Shown piece by piece: positions 1-11,100 of a DNA stretch of 64,000 nucleotides. The DNA lies in NCBI GenBank assembly GCA_038231135.1, contig JBBRLX010000019.1, positions 10,176-74,175 on the forward strand. Reading direction: 5' to 3'. This stretch comes from Candidatus Eiseniibacteriota bacterium. Lineage in GTDB: Bacteria; Eisenbacteria; RBG-16-71-46. The notes beneath the pieces were generated by a model. The model saw only the letters and a program-made list of their open reading frames with translations. It had not been told where the DNA came from and ran no database searches. Each line of letters begins with the position of its first letter. The first letter of the stretch is position 1. Both the position numbers and the translations under genes were made by a program.

Positions 1-1
1 G

Positions 2-712
2 TCGGATTCCATTCCGGTCGTCGCGGTCCGGGGTTCCCTGCGGCAATTCCGCATCGAGGAGTTCTTCGCGACGTTCCTGCCGAAGAAGACGGCGGAAGGC
101 GCCATGGATCTCACCGCGAGCCTCGCGATGCGCGGAAGGACCACGAGCCAATGGATCCGGACGGCGTCCGGGGAGGTCACGGTTCATGGGAGGTCCATCA
201 CGCTCGACGGCGGCGATCTCGACAAGACGATTCAGCGCTTCGATTCGAGTCAGAGCTTCAACCTCGTCGACTTGGGAGCGTTGTTCCTCGCCGGCCCGTT
301 CGGCCCCGCCGTCACGAAGGGCGTCGATTTCGGCAGGGCCCTCGAGGGCACGAGCGGCGGGAGCAGGATTGGATTGCTCGTTTCCAGATGGCGGGTCGGT
401 CGCGGCGTGGCTCAGGCACAGGACGTGGCCATGGCGACGAACGCCAACCGGATCGCGATGCAGGGCGGGCTCGACTTCGCCAGCCGGCAATTCAGCGACG
501 TGACGTTCGCCGTGGTCGACGCGAACGGCTGTGCCCGCGTGCAGCAGCGGGTGCGCGGTCCGTTCGCGAAACCGGTGATCGACAAACCCGAGGCACTCGT
601 GGCCCTCGTGCACCCGGTGCTGCATCTCCTCGGGACATTGCGGGGCATCCTTCCCGCCAAGCCGTGCGTGCCGTTCTATACGGGATCGGTCCCGCCACCC
701 GAAGCGAAGTGA
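2..712 (+). CDS. AsmA family protein, C-terminal part (5' truncated by window edge)
   Basis: Frame is open from nt 2 (SDSIPVVAVRGSLRQFRIEEFF...). AsmA-like C-terminal pattern AQDVAMATNANRIAMQGGLDF...QRVRGPFAKP. Confidence 0.7.
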   Translation, partial: SDSIPVVAVRGSLRQFRIEEFFATFLPKKTAEGAMDLTASLAMRGRTTSQWIRTASGEVTVHGRSITLDGGDLDKTIQRFDSSQSFNLVDLGALFLAGPFGPAVTKGVDFGRALEGTSGGSRIGLLVSRWRVGRGVAQAQDVAMATNANRIAMQGGLDFASRQFSDVTFAVVDANGCARVQQRVRGPFAKPVIDKPEALVALVHPVLHLLGTLRGILPAKPCVPFYTGSVPPPEAK

Positions 713-973
713 GCCCTCCGGAATTACGTGGCGCCCGCGCCTGCGAGATCGTCCCACCCGCCCTGCGCGGAAGGTGTGACGCCCGGCGGCCACGCGAGTT
801 TCGCCGTCACCCATGCCGCAACGCGCCGGGGCCGGATACCCGCCGTTCAGCCGGCCGGGCGAACATGGCATCTCGCGATGGGCGTCACGACTGAGCCGCT
901 TGCCTGGCCCGCCGCGCTGGCCGTAGCCGAAAGTCGCGTTCACCGCGCGCCGTTCCCAGAGGAAAGGTCTCCC

Positions 974-1774
974 GTGACTCCTGTACAGCAACGTCCGGCA
1001 GCCAGCGACGTGCGCACGATGTTGAACAAGGTGCCGGCGATTACCGCGTTCTTCTGGATCATCAAGGTGCTGTGTACGACCGTCGGCGAGACGTTTGCCG
1101 ATTTCCTGAATACGAATCTGAAGCTGGGCCTGGTCAATACGACCTGCGCCATGGGCGCCCTGCTGGTCGTCACCCTGGTGTTCCAGTTCCGGTCCCGGAA
1201 ATACGTTCCCGGCATCTACTGGCTTGCGGTCGTGCTGCTCAGCATCGTGGGCACGCTGATCACCGACAACCTGACCGACAACCTCGGCGTATCGCTCGTC
1301 ACGACCACGATCGTGTTCGGCGTCCTGCTGGCGATCACGTTCGGCGCCTGGTACGCCAGGGAGCGCACCCTCGCGATTCACACGATCCATACCACCCGCC
1401 GCGAGGCCTTTTATTGGGCGGCCATCCTGTTCACGTTCGCACTGGGGACCGCGGCCGGCGACCTCGTGGCGGAGAGCCTGCACGTGGGCTACCTGATGTC
1501 GGCCGTGATGTTCGGCGCGGTGATCGCGCTCGTCGCCGTGGCTCACTTCCGCTTCAGGCTGAACGGCGTCCTGGCCTTCTGGATCGCCTACATCCTCACC
1601 CGGCCACTGGGCGCATCGATCGGAGACCTGCTGTCGCAATCGCCGAAAGACGGCGGCCTGGGATTGGGCACGGTCGGAACCAGTGCGCTGTTCCTCGTGA
1701 CGATTCTGATCCTGGTCGTGTATCTGGCGATCACCAAGCGCGACACGCTGCGCATGGAACCCGCGACGATCTGA
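974..1774 (+). CDS. COG4705/DUF347 family multi-pass membrane protein
   Basis: GTG at 974 follows GAGGAAAGG (alternative ATG at 1019). Family motifs NKVPAITAFFWIIKVLCTTVGETFAD, RREAFYWAAILFTFALGTAAGD, FWIAYILTRPLGASIGD. Confidence 0.88.
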   Translation: MTPVQQRPAASDVRTMLNKVPAITAFFWIIKVLCTTVGETFADFLNTNLKLGLVNTTCAMGALLVVTLVFQFRSRKYVPGIYWLAVVLLSIVGTLITDNLTDNLGVSLVTTTIVFGVLLAITFGAWYARERTLAIHTIHTTRREAFYWAAILFTFALGTAAGDLVAESLHVGYLMSAVMFGAVIALVAVAHFRFRLNGVLAFWIAYILTRPLGASIGDLLSQSPKDGGLGLGTVGTSALFLVTILILVVYLAITKRDTLRMEPATI

Positions 1775-1784
1775 GGGGCGGCGG

Positions 1785-2636
1785 CTACGGCGCGAACACC
1801 ATCCGCCGAGTGACGACCGTCCCCGCAGCCTCGAGTCGCACGAAGTACACGCCGGCCTTCAGGATATGCCCGGTGTCGTCACGGCCCGTCCAGGGTTCCG
1901 TGTGCCGGCCGGCGTCCCGCACGTCGTTCACCAGCGAGCGCACACGGCGTCCCGCCACATCGAGCACATCGAGGCGCACGGGCCCGCGGCGGCCGGTCGA
2001 ATAGTCGAGCGTGGTGCCCCGGTGGAACGGATTCGGCCGGGCCGGCGCGAGCGCGAGGCGGGAGGGCGGGTCACCGCCGACCGAGACCGAGGCGGCGGTC
2101 CCGACGAGACGCACTCCGAAGTTGGCTTTGGGATCTCCACCGAACCAGTAGAGGTTGCCGTTCTCGAGATACAGATCGTGGCTGCTGCCCACCGCGGGCG
2201 TGCCGCGGAGGATCCACCCCGCGGTCGTGCTCGTGAACTGAACTCCCACCCACAGGTTGGGGCCCACGGCCAGCGCATGGGAGAGCGGGATGGCGACCGC
2301 CCCGCGCCCTCGCGGCAGTCCCGTCACGACGAACGGTCCCGCGAGCAGCGTGGCGCCGAGGTCGAGCCCTCCCGGATTGTCGTAGAGCTTCACCGTGGCC
2401 GACAGCGTCCCCGCGAGCGCTGGATCGAAGTACTCGACCACCAGCGTGTCGAGCATGCCGCCCGACGCCAGGTGCAGGTCGTCGAGCACCTCTGCGCCGC
2501 CCTGCGCGCCGTAGTAGGCGTTGGCGGGATTGCCCGTGTTGTCGTAGAGCCGCGTGAGGGCAGACGACGACGACGGCGCCGGGATGACGGACGTGGTCAG
2601 ACCCGCCGCCAGTGCGATCGCGGCGAACACCGTCAA
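1785..2636 (-). CDS. Secreted protein: unknown ~145-aa domain plus FlgD-Ig/Por-like C-terminal sorting domain
   Basis: TTG start overlaps the upstream stop (TTGA). Signal peptide; tail ARPNPFHRGTTLDY...DVAGRRVR...GVYFVRL. Confidence 0.85.
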   Translation of the reverse strand: MTVFAAIALAAGLTTSVIPAPSSSSALTRLYDNTGNPANAYYGAQGGAEVLDDLHLASGGMLDTLVVEYFDPALAGTLSATVKLYDNPGGLDLGATLLAGPFVVTGLPRGRGAVAIPLSHALAVGPNLWVGVQFTSTTAGWILRGTPAVGSSHDLYLENGNLYWFGGDPKANFGVRLVGTAASVSVGGDPPSRLALAPARPNPFHRGTTLDYSTGRRGPVRLDVLDVAGRRVRSLVNDVRDAGRHTEPWTGRDDTGHILKAGVYFVRLEAAGTVVTRRMVFAP

Positions 2637-5143
2637 TCCAGGATCACGAACCGGCCGCGATGCACCGTGCCCGCGACGTCTGCCCGGTAGAAGTAGATCC
2701 CGGTGCCGAGCCTCGCGCCATGCTCGCGGGTCAGCGAGAATCGGTGCGTGCCGGCCGCGGCCTGCGCTTCGTTGGCCAGTACGCGGACGGCGCGGCCCGT
2801 CACGTCGAACAACTCGACGCGCAGCCTGCCCGGCCGCGCCAGCGACAGTCCGAGCGTGGCACGGCCCGCGGCCGGATTCGGGAACACCACGGGGCGCGCG
2901 TAGTCCACTGCCGCGTCGTCCGTCACCGAAGCGACGGGTGGGGTCAGGACCTCGATCATCAGGTCGTCAGCCTGGAACGCCTCGCGCGCCACGGTCGGCT
3001 GATCCAGTACCTGCAGGTCCCACAACGAATGCGCCTTGAGCGTGAAGATGTCGAGCACGAGTTGCTGCCAGGCCGGGCTCAATGTCTTCACCGGAGAGAA
3101 CACCGTCTGCTGGTTCACGTCGTTGAAATAGTCGCGCACGCGGATTCGGGCCGTGCCGTGGCCGGCATCGGAACGCACCCACGCGGTCACGCGGTAGTGG
3201 GTGCCGGCGGGCCCGGTGTCCGGCAGCCAGGCCGGCGAATCGTTGAGTCCGAACTCGGCTGTACTGCCGGGGCCGGTGAGCAGAGCCGCGAACGACGAGC
3301 CGCCGTGTCCCGGCGAGGTCTGCGCCAGCGTTCCACCGCCATACTCCTCCCAGCCCGTGAGCCCCGTCTCGAAGCCCGCGCTCGACAGCACGTAGGAGTT
3401 GAGCGCGAACGTCGCGGTGATCGCCTTGCCCCGGATCATCGCCACCGGCAGCGGGCTCGTGCCGGCGGTCGTATCCCCGCTCCAGCCCACGAAGTGCGAA
3501 CCTGCCGCGGCGCTCGCCGACAGCGTCACCGGGGTGCCGTGGTCGTAGGTGGCCTGCGCCGGGCTGACACCGACCGTGCCGTTCCCAATGACGGTCACGC
3601 TCAGCGTGTAGGTGTTGATCGCGAACGTCGCGGTGATCGTCTTGCCGCGGATCATCGGGACCGGCAGCGGGTTGGAGCTTGCGGCGGTGTCGCCGCTCCA
3701 GGCGACGAAGTGCCACCCGAGGGTCGGGACCGGAGTCAGCGCCACGAGTGTTCCGTAGTCATAGGCGGCCTGCACGGGCGCCGTCACCACCGCGCCGCTG
3801 CCCGTCGTGGTCACGGTCAGCGAGTAGCGGTCAATCGCGAACGTGGCCGTGATCGATTTGCTGCCGTCCATCACCACCGGCAGGGGATTCACCGCACCCG
3901 ACGCGTCGCCGCTCCAGCCCACGAAGTGCCAGCCGGTCGCGGGCGTCGCGGTCAGCGTCACCGGCGTGCCGTGGTCGTACGAGGCCTGCTGCGGATTGAC
4001 CGCCACCGTGCCGTTCCCCACGGGAGTCACGGCCAGCGTGTAGGTGTTGATCGCGAACGTCGCCGTGATCGTCTGGTTGCCGTCCATCGTGACCACCAGC
4101 GGGTTCGCATTCCCCGCGGCATCGCCGCCCCAGCCCGCGAAGTGCCACCCGGTCGCGGGAGTGGGGGTCAGCGTCACCAGCGTGCCATGATCGTACGCGG
4201 CCTGCGGCGGATCGGCCCCAACGGTGCCGTTGCCCACCACGTTCACGGTCAGCGTGTGCGTGTCGATCGCGAACGTCGCGACGATCGATTTGTCGCCATC
4301 CATCGTCACCGACAGTGGATTGTCCGCGCCGGACGCATCGCCGCCCCAGCCCACGAAGTGCCAGTGCGCCGCGGCGGCCGCGTTCAACTGAACCGCAGCG
4401 CCATCGAGGTAGCTGGCGAGATCCGGGCTCTTCGTCACGGTTCCGAGCCCGAGCGTGGTGGCGTTCAGCCGGTAGAGCGGAACGTCGATCAGCCGCACCG
4501 CGAAGTTCGCCTTCGGATCTCCGCCGAAGCTGAACAGGTTGCCGTTCTCGAGGTAGAGATCGTGGCTGACGCCCACCGACGGCACGTTGTTGATGATCCA
4601 TCCCGCGGTCGCGCTCGAGAACTGGACGCCGACCCACACGTCAGTGCCCACGACCGGCGCATCCGGCAGGGGCACCGCGACGATCTGCCGACCCCGCGCG
4701 AGACCGGAGACCGTATACGGGCCGGCCAGGGGAGTGGTGCCGAGATCGAGGCCGCCGGGATTGCCGTAGATCGTCACGGTCGCGGACAGCGTGCCGCCCA
4801 CGGCCGGGTCGTAGTACTCGAACACCAGGGTGTCGACCGACCCGCCCCTCACCAGGTGCAGATCGTCGATTGCCTCCGCGCCACCCTGCCCCGCGTAGTA
4901 GGTGTTGTCCGGATTGCCGGTGTTGTCGTAGAGCGTGCCTCCGGCGAGCACATGGTTCGTACGGCCACGCGCAACGCCGGGAGGGGCGATGGCGGTCGCA
5001 CCCACCCTGAGTCTCGGAACCGGCGACGCGGCCGCCGCGGTCACGACCAGCACTGCGCACAGCGCCGCCGCGATCCCCACGTAGCCCGCGGGGATTCGCG
5101 TCCCGGGAACGCTTTCGACGGTATCGTCGCAGGCCGCCGTCAT
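2633..5143 (-). CDS. Secreted protein: unknown domain, 5 InlB B-repeat-like repeats, carbohydrate-binding-like domain, Por-like tail (836 aa)
   Basis: ATG at 5143 overlaps the stop of the giant gene (ATGA). Repeats contain WHFxGWxGD; CBM-like GFETGLTGW domain; tail FPNPAAG...GIYFYR. Confidence 0.85.
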   Translation of the reverse strand: MTAACDDTVESVPGTRIPAGYVGIAAALCAVLVVTAAAASPVPRLRVGATAIAPPGVARGRTNHVLAGGTLYDNTGNPDNTYYAGQGGAEAIDDLHLVRGGSVDTLVFEYYDPAVGGTLSATVTIYGNPGGLDLGTTPLAGPYTVSGLARGRQIVAVPLPDAPVVGTDVWVGVQFSSATAGWIINNVPSVGVSHDLYLENGNLFSFGGDPKANFAVRLIDVPLYRLNATTLGLGTVTKSPDLASYLDGAAVQLNAAAAAHWHFVGWGGDASGADNPLSVTMDGDKSIVATFAIDTHTLTVNVVGNGTVGADPPQAAYDHGTLVTLTPTPATGWHFAGWGGDAAGNANPLVVTMDGNQTITATFAINTYTLAVTPVGNGTVAVNPQQASYDHGTPVTLTATPATGWHFVGWSGDASGAVNPLPVVMDGSKSITATFAIDRYSLTVTTTGSGAVVTAPVQAAYDYGTLVALTPVPTLGWHFVAWSGDTAASSNPLPVPMIRGKTITATFAINTYTLSVTVIGNGTVGVSPAQATYDHGTPVTLSASAAAGSHFVGWSGDTTAGTSPLPVAMIRGKAITATFALNSYVLSSAGFETGLTGWEEYGGGTLAQTSPGHGGSSFAALLTGPGSTAEFGLNDSPAWLPDTGPAGTHYRVTAWVRSDAGHGTARIRVRDYFNDVNQQTVFSPVKTLSPAWQQLVLDIFTLKAHSLWDLQVLDQPTVAREAFQADDLMIEVLTPPVASVTDDAAVDYARPVVFPNPAAGRATLGLSLARPGRLRVELFDVTGRAVRVLANEAQAAAGTHRFSLTREHGARLGTGIYFYRADVAGTVHRGRFVILD
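3398..4475 (-). repeat. Five tandem 216-bp (72-aa) InlB B-repeat-like coding repeats
   Basis: gcgaacgt (ATFA) recurs at ~3405, 3621, 3837, 4053 and 4269, a 216-bp period. Confidence 0.9.
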
Positions 5144-8100
5144 CGCACGATCACCATTCGGCGGGTGGCCGAGAACGAACCGGCGCGCATGCGATAGAAG
5201 TAGATGCCCCCGCGCAGCTCCCGGGGCTGGATCGACACGTCGTACCAGCCGGGAGGCTGAGTCGCGTTGACGATCCTGCGCACCCGGCGGCCGTTTACGT
5301 CGAACAGTTCGAGCGATACATGAACAGCGGTCGGCAGCGCGTAACGCAGCGTCGCCGTGCCGTTCCCGAGCAGCGGGTTCGGCTGGCTCGCGCCCAGATC
5401 GAACGCCACGGGGAGGCTGAGATTCTCGATCACGACGCCATCGGACGCCAGTGCCAGCGGATGCGCCGAGGAGCCCAGCACCGCATCCGCCTCGAACGTC
5501 ACCGAGCCCTGCACCTCGTACACCTTGCCACTCGTGCGATCGAGGGCCTGGAAGTGAACGGTCTCGCCCCGCGTCGCGTTGCTGCGCACCATCATGAAGA
5601 GGAGCGTCCGATCGAGCGCGGCCACGTGGACCGGCACCGCGATGCCACGCACTTCTCCGTCCACGAGTGCCGCCACCTGGTATTGCGGGCCCAGGGACAG
5701 CCCCGTGAGCTGCGCGGTCACCACCATGTCGTATTGATACGCGTGATAGTCGAGCTCGAACCCGGGTAGTCCGGTCGCGCTCGCCGGGGTCTCCGGTGAC
5801 GCGCCGGTCGCCGCGGTCCCGCCACCCGCGGGCGTGGCGGCCGCCACCAACGGTCCCGCGGGGCTGGTGTCGGTGTACGTGAACTGGCCCGCCGCCGGGT
5901 TCGAGCGGTAGAGCTCGTAGCCCAAACCGGGCTGCATCTGAGCCAGGCTGCCCGCCCACGCCGACGGACTGAATTCGGCGAACGCGGTCTGGCTGCGCAG
6001 GACGTCGGCGGTGGCGGAGCTCAGCCCGCCGAGCGCGGTGGTGACGACGCGCGCATCGTCCGGCGTGTAGCCGATCCAGTTCCAGCCCTTCTTGACCGGG
6101 ATGGGATAGCCGCTCGGCAGCACGCGCGTGCTCTCGTAGCGGATCTCGCCCGCGGTCGTGGTCTTCATCCGGTAGCTCTTCGTGACCGCGATCGTATCGA
6201 GCGTGCCGATCCAGCCGGCCGTGGCGTCGAACATCGAGATCGAGCCGTCCTGGGCCTTGACCAGGTCGCCGGCCGCCGGCACGAGATTGCTCAGGACCGC
6301 CGCGACGGTGCGGTCGTCCTGGGTGCTCGGGCGCCGGTTGACCGAGAACCACGTCCAGCCGGCGTTGACCGGGATGATCTGCTCGTTCGCGGGAGAGGGC
6401 GTGCGCGTGAAGATGTCGAGCGGCCCGGCGAACGACCCGTACGTGCTGTCCGCGATGAACTTCGGCGTCTGGTTGGTGGCCGTATAGGTCTTCGAAGTGC
6501 GGGAATCCCACACCTGGAAGTGGATACGCTCGAACGCGGGCGGCCTGCCGTAGACGGTGAGGAAGTAGCGCCAGCCGTCGCTCACGTGCAGCGGATGGGC
6601 GATGCCACGGACCTCGTTGCCGACGAACGCGGCGAGGATGTCGTCGGGGGAGACCGAGGAGTCGGCCCCCACCCCCACGAACACGCGGGCGCGCACCGTC
6701 ATGCTGTGCTCATAGCCTGCCGGGTCCAGCGTCCAGGTGGGCGGCACGCGGAGCACGTTGACATGCACGTTCAGCGTCGCCGAGTGCGGAGTCGTGGGTG
6801 GGTTGGTCGTCGCGGTCGCGGTGACCGTGGTGTCGTAGGCGCCCAGCGCCGTCGCCGCGGCAATCTGGAACGACACCGACACCCGACTCTTCGCGGGAAC
6901 GGTGTACGTGGGGGGAGTGTCCGCCGCGAGCCACGCGGGCAGCGTGCTCAGCGCATACGTCACCGGCTGGTTCAATCCGTTGATCAGGTCCATTGCAACG
7001 CGGCCGCCCGAGCCAAATCCGACGTCCTGCGACACGCTCGCGTCGGCCCACGCCAGATCGCCCTGCCGGACGATGAACGTCCACGACCGGGTGCCCGACG
7101 GGTTGCCGACGAGATCCTTGATGCCGGTCACGGTCGCGCGCAACGTGCGGCCTTCGAACGCCGACAGATCGGTCGACGGGGTGAGCACGAGCGTCCGGCC
7201 GTTGCACGTCGCGTGCACGTCCAGCGCCTGCGTCGGGCTCAGCGCCTCGAGCGTGACGTTCGTTCCGTTGGCCGAGGCGCAGTCGATGTTCTCGTTGTAC
7301 GTGATCGAGATGTCCTCGCCGAACGACAGGGTGCCATCCGCCGGCTGCGGGGTTCCGAACACCACGGGAGGGGTGCGGTCGATGACGCCGGTGGCAGGGC
7401 CGGACACACCCTTCCCTCCGGAGCAACGGGTGAACGCCCGCACGGCGTACGTGCCCTCCGGAATCCCTGCCATCGGCCACTTGATCGAGACGCTCTGGGG
7501 AATCCCGGAGAGGCTCAGCGGCACGGAGGCCGCCGGAATCTCGGGCCCGATCGGCAGCCAGTGATCCGTGCCCGCGAGCTGATACTCGGCCCCGACCGAA
7601 ACCAGGCTGTCCTTCTCGCTGATGGCGAGCTGGAAGTCGGTGAGGATCAACGCGAGGGAATCGGTGCCCGCGGCGACCGACCATCCCGGTTCCGGCCGCA
7701 GCAGCGTGATGTCGCTGCATGGCGCGTCGAACGCCACACTGACCTTCACCGTATCCGCCAGGTGCAACGGGCCGCCATTGCGGAACAGCTCGTATTCGCA
7801 CGGCGGGACCATGGCGATCTGGAGATCGTCGTAGAAGTAGCGGTTGGGGCCGCGTTCCACGGTCATCGTCGCCTGGCGGGTCTCGCCGGCATTGAGGAAG
7901 AACGACAGACCGGAGGGAACCGTCTGCCCGTCGATCTTGATGACGGCGCCGCCGGGGTTCGACTCCTGGATCGGCAGGATCAGGTACTCGCGAGTCCCCT
8001 CCGCCTGGCTGTCGTTCGTCATGTTGAGCGTGAACACCGCGGGTGATCCGATGGGAACGCTGTTGCGCACCGGCGGCTCCACGGTCAGCTTGGCGCCGTC

Positions 8101-11100
8101 CACCGGCTGGCTGCGCGGCGCGCCCGTGCGCGGATCCGGCCACGGCTCCCACGGACACGAGCTGGTGCCGGCGACGAGGTCGAAGATCGGCGTGCCGTAC
8201 AACACGTCCTTCTTCACGTCGACGCTGAACACGTCACCGATGTCGTTGTCGGACAACGTGTATCCGGTTGTGCGCGAGCTGGTGGCGGTCGAGGCGCCCT
8301 CGCGTTCCAGTGAGAAGTCGAACTTCGAACTCCATTTCGTCTCGACACCGTTGCCGGCGATCTTGAACTCCATGCCTTCGGAGATCTCGGCCTTGGTGAA
8401 CGCTTCGAAGCTCCAGTTCGTGGACTTCGATTCGTCCACGGTCGAGCTGTAAGAATATTCCGCCCCCGCGCTGAACGAGCGGTTCTTCTCGAGCGGCGCC
8501 ACGCGCTTCAGCGAGTCGTTCAGGTCGAGATGCGCCTGCCAGTTCGTCCGCGCCGAGTTGAATTCAGCGCTATCGCTGGGCGCCAGGCGCGCCAGCTCGG
8601 AAAGCTGGGGGATGATCGTGTTGCGGATGTGCCAGTCCGTGTAGTTGTAGACCGAGCGCACCTTGTCGAGCCCCATCGCGATTTCCACCGAGGTCACGAC
8701 CCGGCAGCCCTGCACGCGTACGACATCGGTCTTCGCGAACAGCAGGTTCATCGCGAGGCCCATGTAGACGTCGCCGTCGCGGCCGATGAACAGGTCGTCG
8801 GACGAGGTGCGGAACTCCTGGTTCGTCTTGGCACAGATCTCGAGCTCGTTCCCCTCCTTCGCCTTGAAGCCCAGCGTGACGCCGCCCGCCAGCGTGACGT
8901 CAACGTGCGTCGGCGTCATGTAGATGAAGCCGAGCAGCGCCTCGATGCCGAAGTGCACCTTGCCTTCGACGCTGGCGGAACTGCCCTGCTGCGAGATGCC
9001 CGAGATCTTGCTGCAGAACGTCGACTCCTGTTCGACGAAGCTGAATGAGTGATCGCCCGGCGGATCGTGCAGGATGAGCAGCGGCACGCCGTCGGCTTCG
9101 GCCGTGAACGTGGCCGTGCGCGGCCGCTGACCGGTTACGATCACCCAGTCAATGTGCGTGACCGGATCCTCACCCTCGGCCTCGGCCACGACCGTCAGTG
9201 ACTTCTGGTACGAACGGTCGTGCCCCTGCGAATCGATGCGGCCGGCGAAGATGTTCGGCGTGTTCGCCGCGGTCTCGTAGGGCTTGAGGCCGTTGTCCGT
9301 CTGCAGCTTCGCCACGCCGTTCTTGACGACGAGCGTCACCGGGTTCTTCTCCTGGTCGATGATCTCGTCGAATACCGTGACGGTGCCGGTGTCGACCGGG
9401 CACCTGCCGAGTGTGCCGTAGTCCTCGAACACGTTGATCGTCATGGGGAAGCGCTGCATCTGGTCGATCACGGGAACGCCGAGCGGGCAGGAGGGGTCCG
9501 CGACCGGCAGCCCGCTCACCTCGACCTCGAGCGGCGCGCGATACTTGAAGTCGAGGGTGTAGTTCGCCGTCGACAGATCGACCTCGCGCGCGCCGAGCTT
9601 GTCGAAGAAGCGGATCACGTCCGCCTGGTCCGGTCCGCCCGGCGCGCCCACGATGCCCGTGACGCGCACGAAGAACTTGAGCGGCGGCAGCGCCTCGTCG
9701 TACTGGGCGGCGGTGGTGATGGTACGGCTGAAGCAGCGGTCCTCGCTCTCGATGGCGAGCGTCAGCGTCCCGATCGGGATGTTGCAGCCGCCGGCCACGA
9801 GTCCCGACAGATGGCGCACGGTCGTGTCGAGGAAGTTCAGGTTGGCCAGATCACCGGTGACGCCGGCCAGATGGATGATGGGCGGGGAGAACGTGTGGCC
9901 CGCCTGTCGGGCCTCGAGGGTGTGGTCGCCCGGCGGCACCGGAACCGAGAAGTGGCCGCTGCCGTCGGTCGAACCGCGCAGAACGCCGTCCACGTAGATC
10001 TCGACGTTGGCCGCGAGGCACGACGTGTTGCTGTAACTGACGAGGCCGGAGGCGGCGAACGACGTGATGTCCGTGAACCCGACCTCGTTCTGCACCGGGC
10101 TGCCGGTCGAGAGTGTGATCGTCTTGAACGCCGGCGTGAACTGGTGCCCGGCGATCGTGGGGATCACCTTGAACGTGGTGGAGGTGCCGTAGCGCAGCTT
10201 CGCCAGCACGTAGTTGCCCTGGTTGTCCGTCACTGCGCAGGCACTCATCGGCGGGGCTTCGTTGATCCAGGTGGCGCCGCCCGAGATGCGGCCGTAACGA
10301 TTGCCGCGCAGCTCCTCGGCGCCCGAGCCCTGGGAATCGTTGAGCGGCCAGTACGCGACCAGCCCGCTCTCGTTGCCTGCCAGGAACTCCGGCATGAACT
10401 CCTGGATCTGCGCCTGCGTGCGAACGTGATCCCACACCCGGATGTCGTCCATCGCGCCGGCGAGCGTGGCGCCGAATGCCAGCGCTCCCCCGCCCTCGAG
10501 CGTCACACCCGCGGCGCCAATTCCGGAGTACGCCGGCAGCCCGTCCTTGTAGACGTGCAGCGCGCCGCTCGCGCTGGTCCAGTCGATCGCGATGTGATGC
10601 CAGCCGCCATCGTCGATCGCCACGCCGGTCGGCGCGGCGCTGCCGTTGAGCGAGATCGCGAGATTGCCCGGGTTCTTCACTGCGAACACGTCCACCGTCG
10701 CCGCGGTTGAATAGGCCATCAGCGTTCCCGCCGCGCCGGCGTGCCCGCGATACCAGAACTCGGTGGTGAACGTCGCGCCGAACACGCCGCCGTCCGCGAC
10801 GGCGATGTTGCCGCCCGAGCCGTCGAACAGGATCGAGCGGTTCGGCGCCGGATCCAGGCAGACGTTCGCGCCGCTGACGCCGGCACCTGCGAAGGTCGCG
10901 ACGCGGCCGGTGATGTTGCCGTCGGGAGGCCGCCGGCCGAAGTCGCAGCCGCGCACGGACTCGTTCGAGACGGCGCCCGACGGACGAGCCGCCGAATCGA
11001 TGATCGCGGTTACGCAGTATTCGTAGGTCCGTCCCGGCGCCGCGTCCACGTCGGTGTAGATCCGGGTGTTGGGATCCACAGTCGCGATCAGATCACCGTC

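Noticed and set aside
3398..4475. 216-bp repeats as a CRISPR array or DGR template/variable repeats
   Set aside because: In-frame protein repeats with diffuse divergence; no unique spacers, adenine-specific mismatches, cas genes or reverse transcriptase.
5144..6511. Extension of the 2633 ORF to 6511
   Set aside because: Out-of-frame overlap with the giant gene; the ATGA-coupled start at 5143 is followed by a signal peptide.
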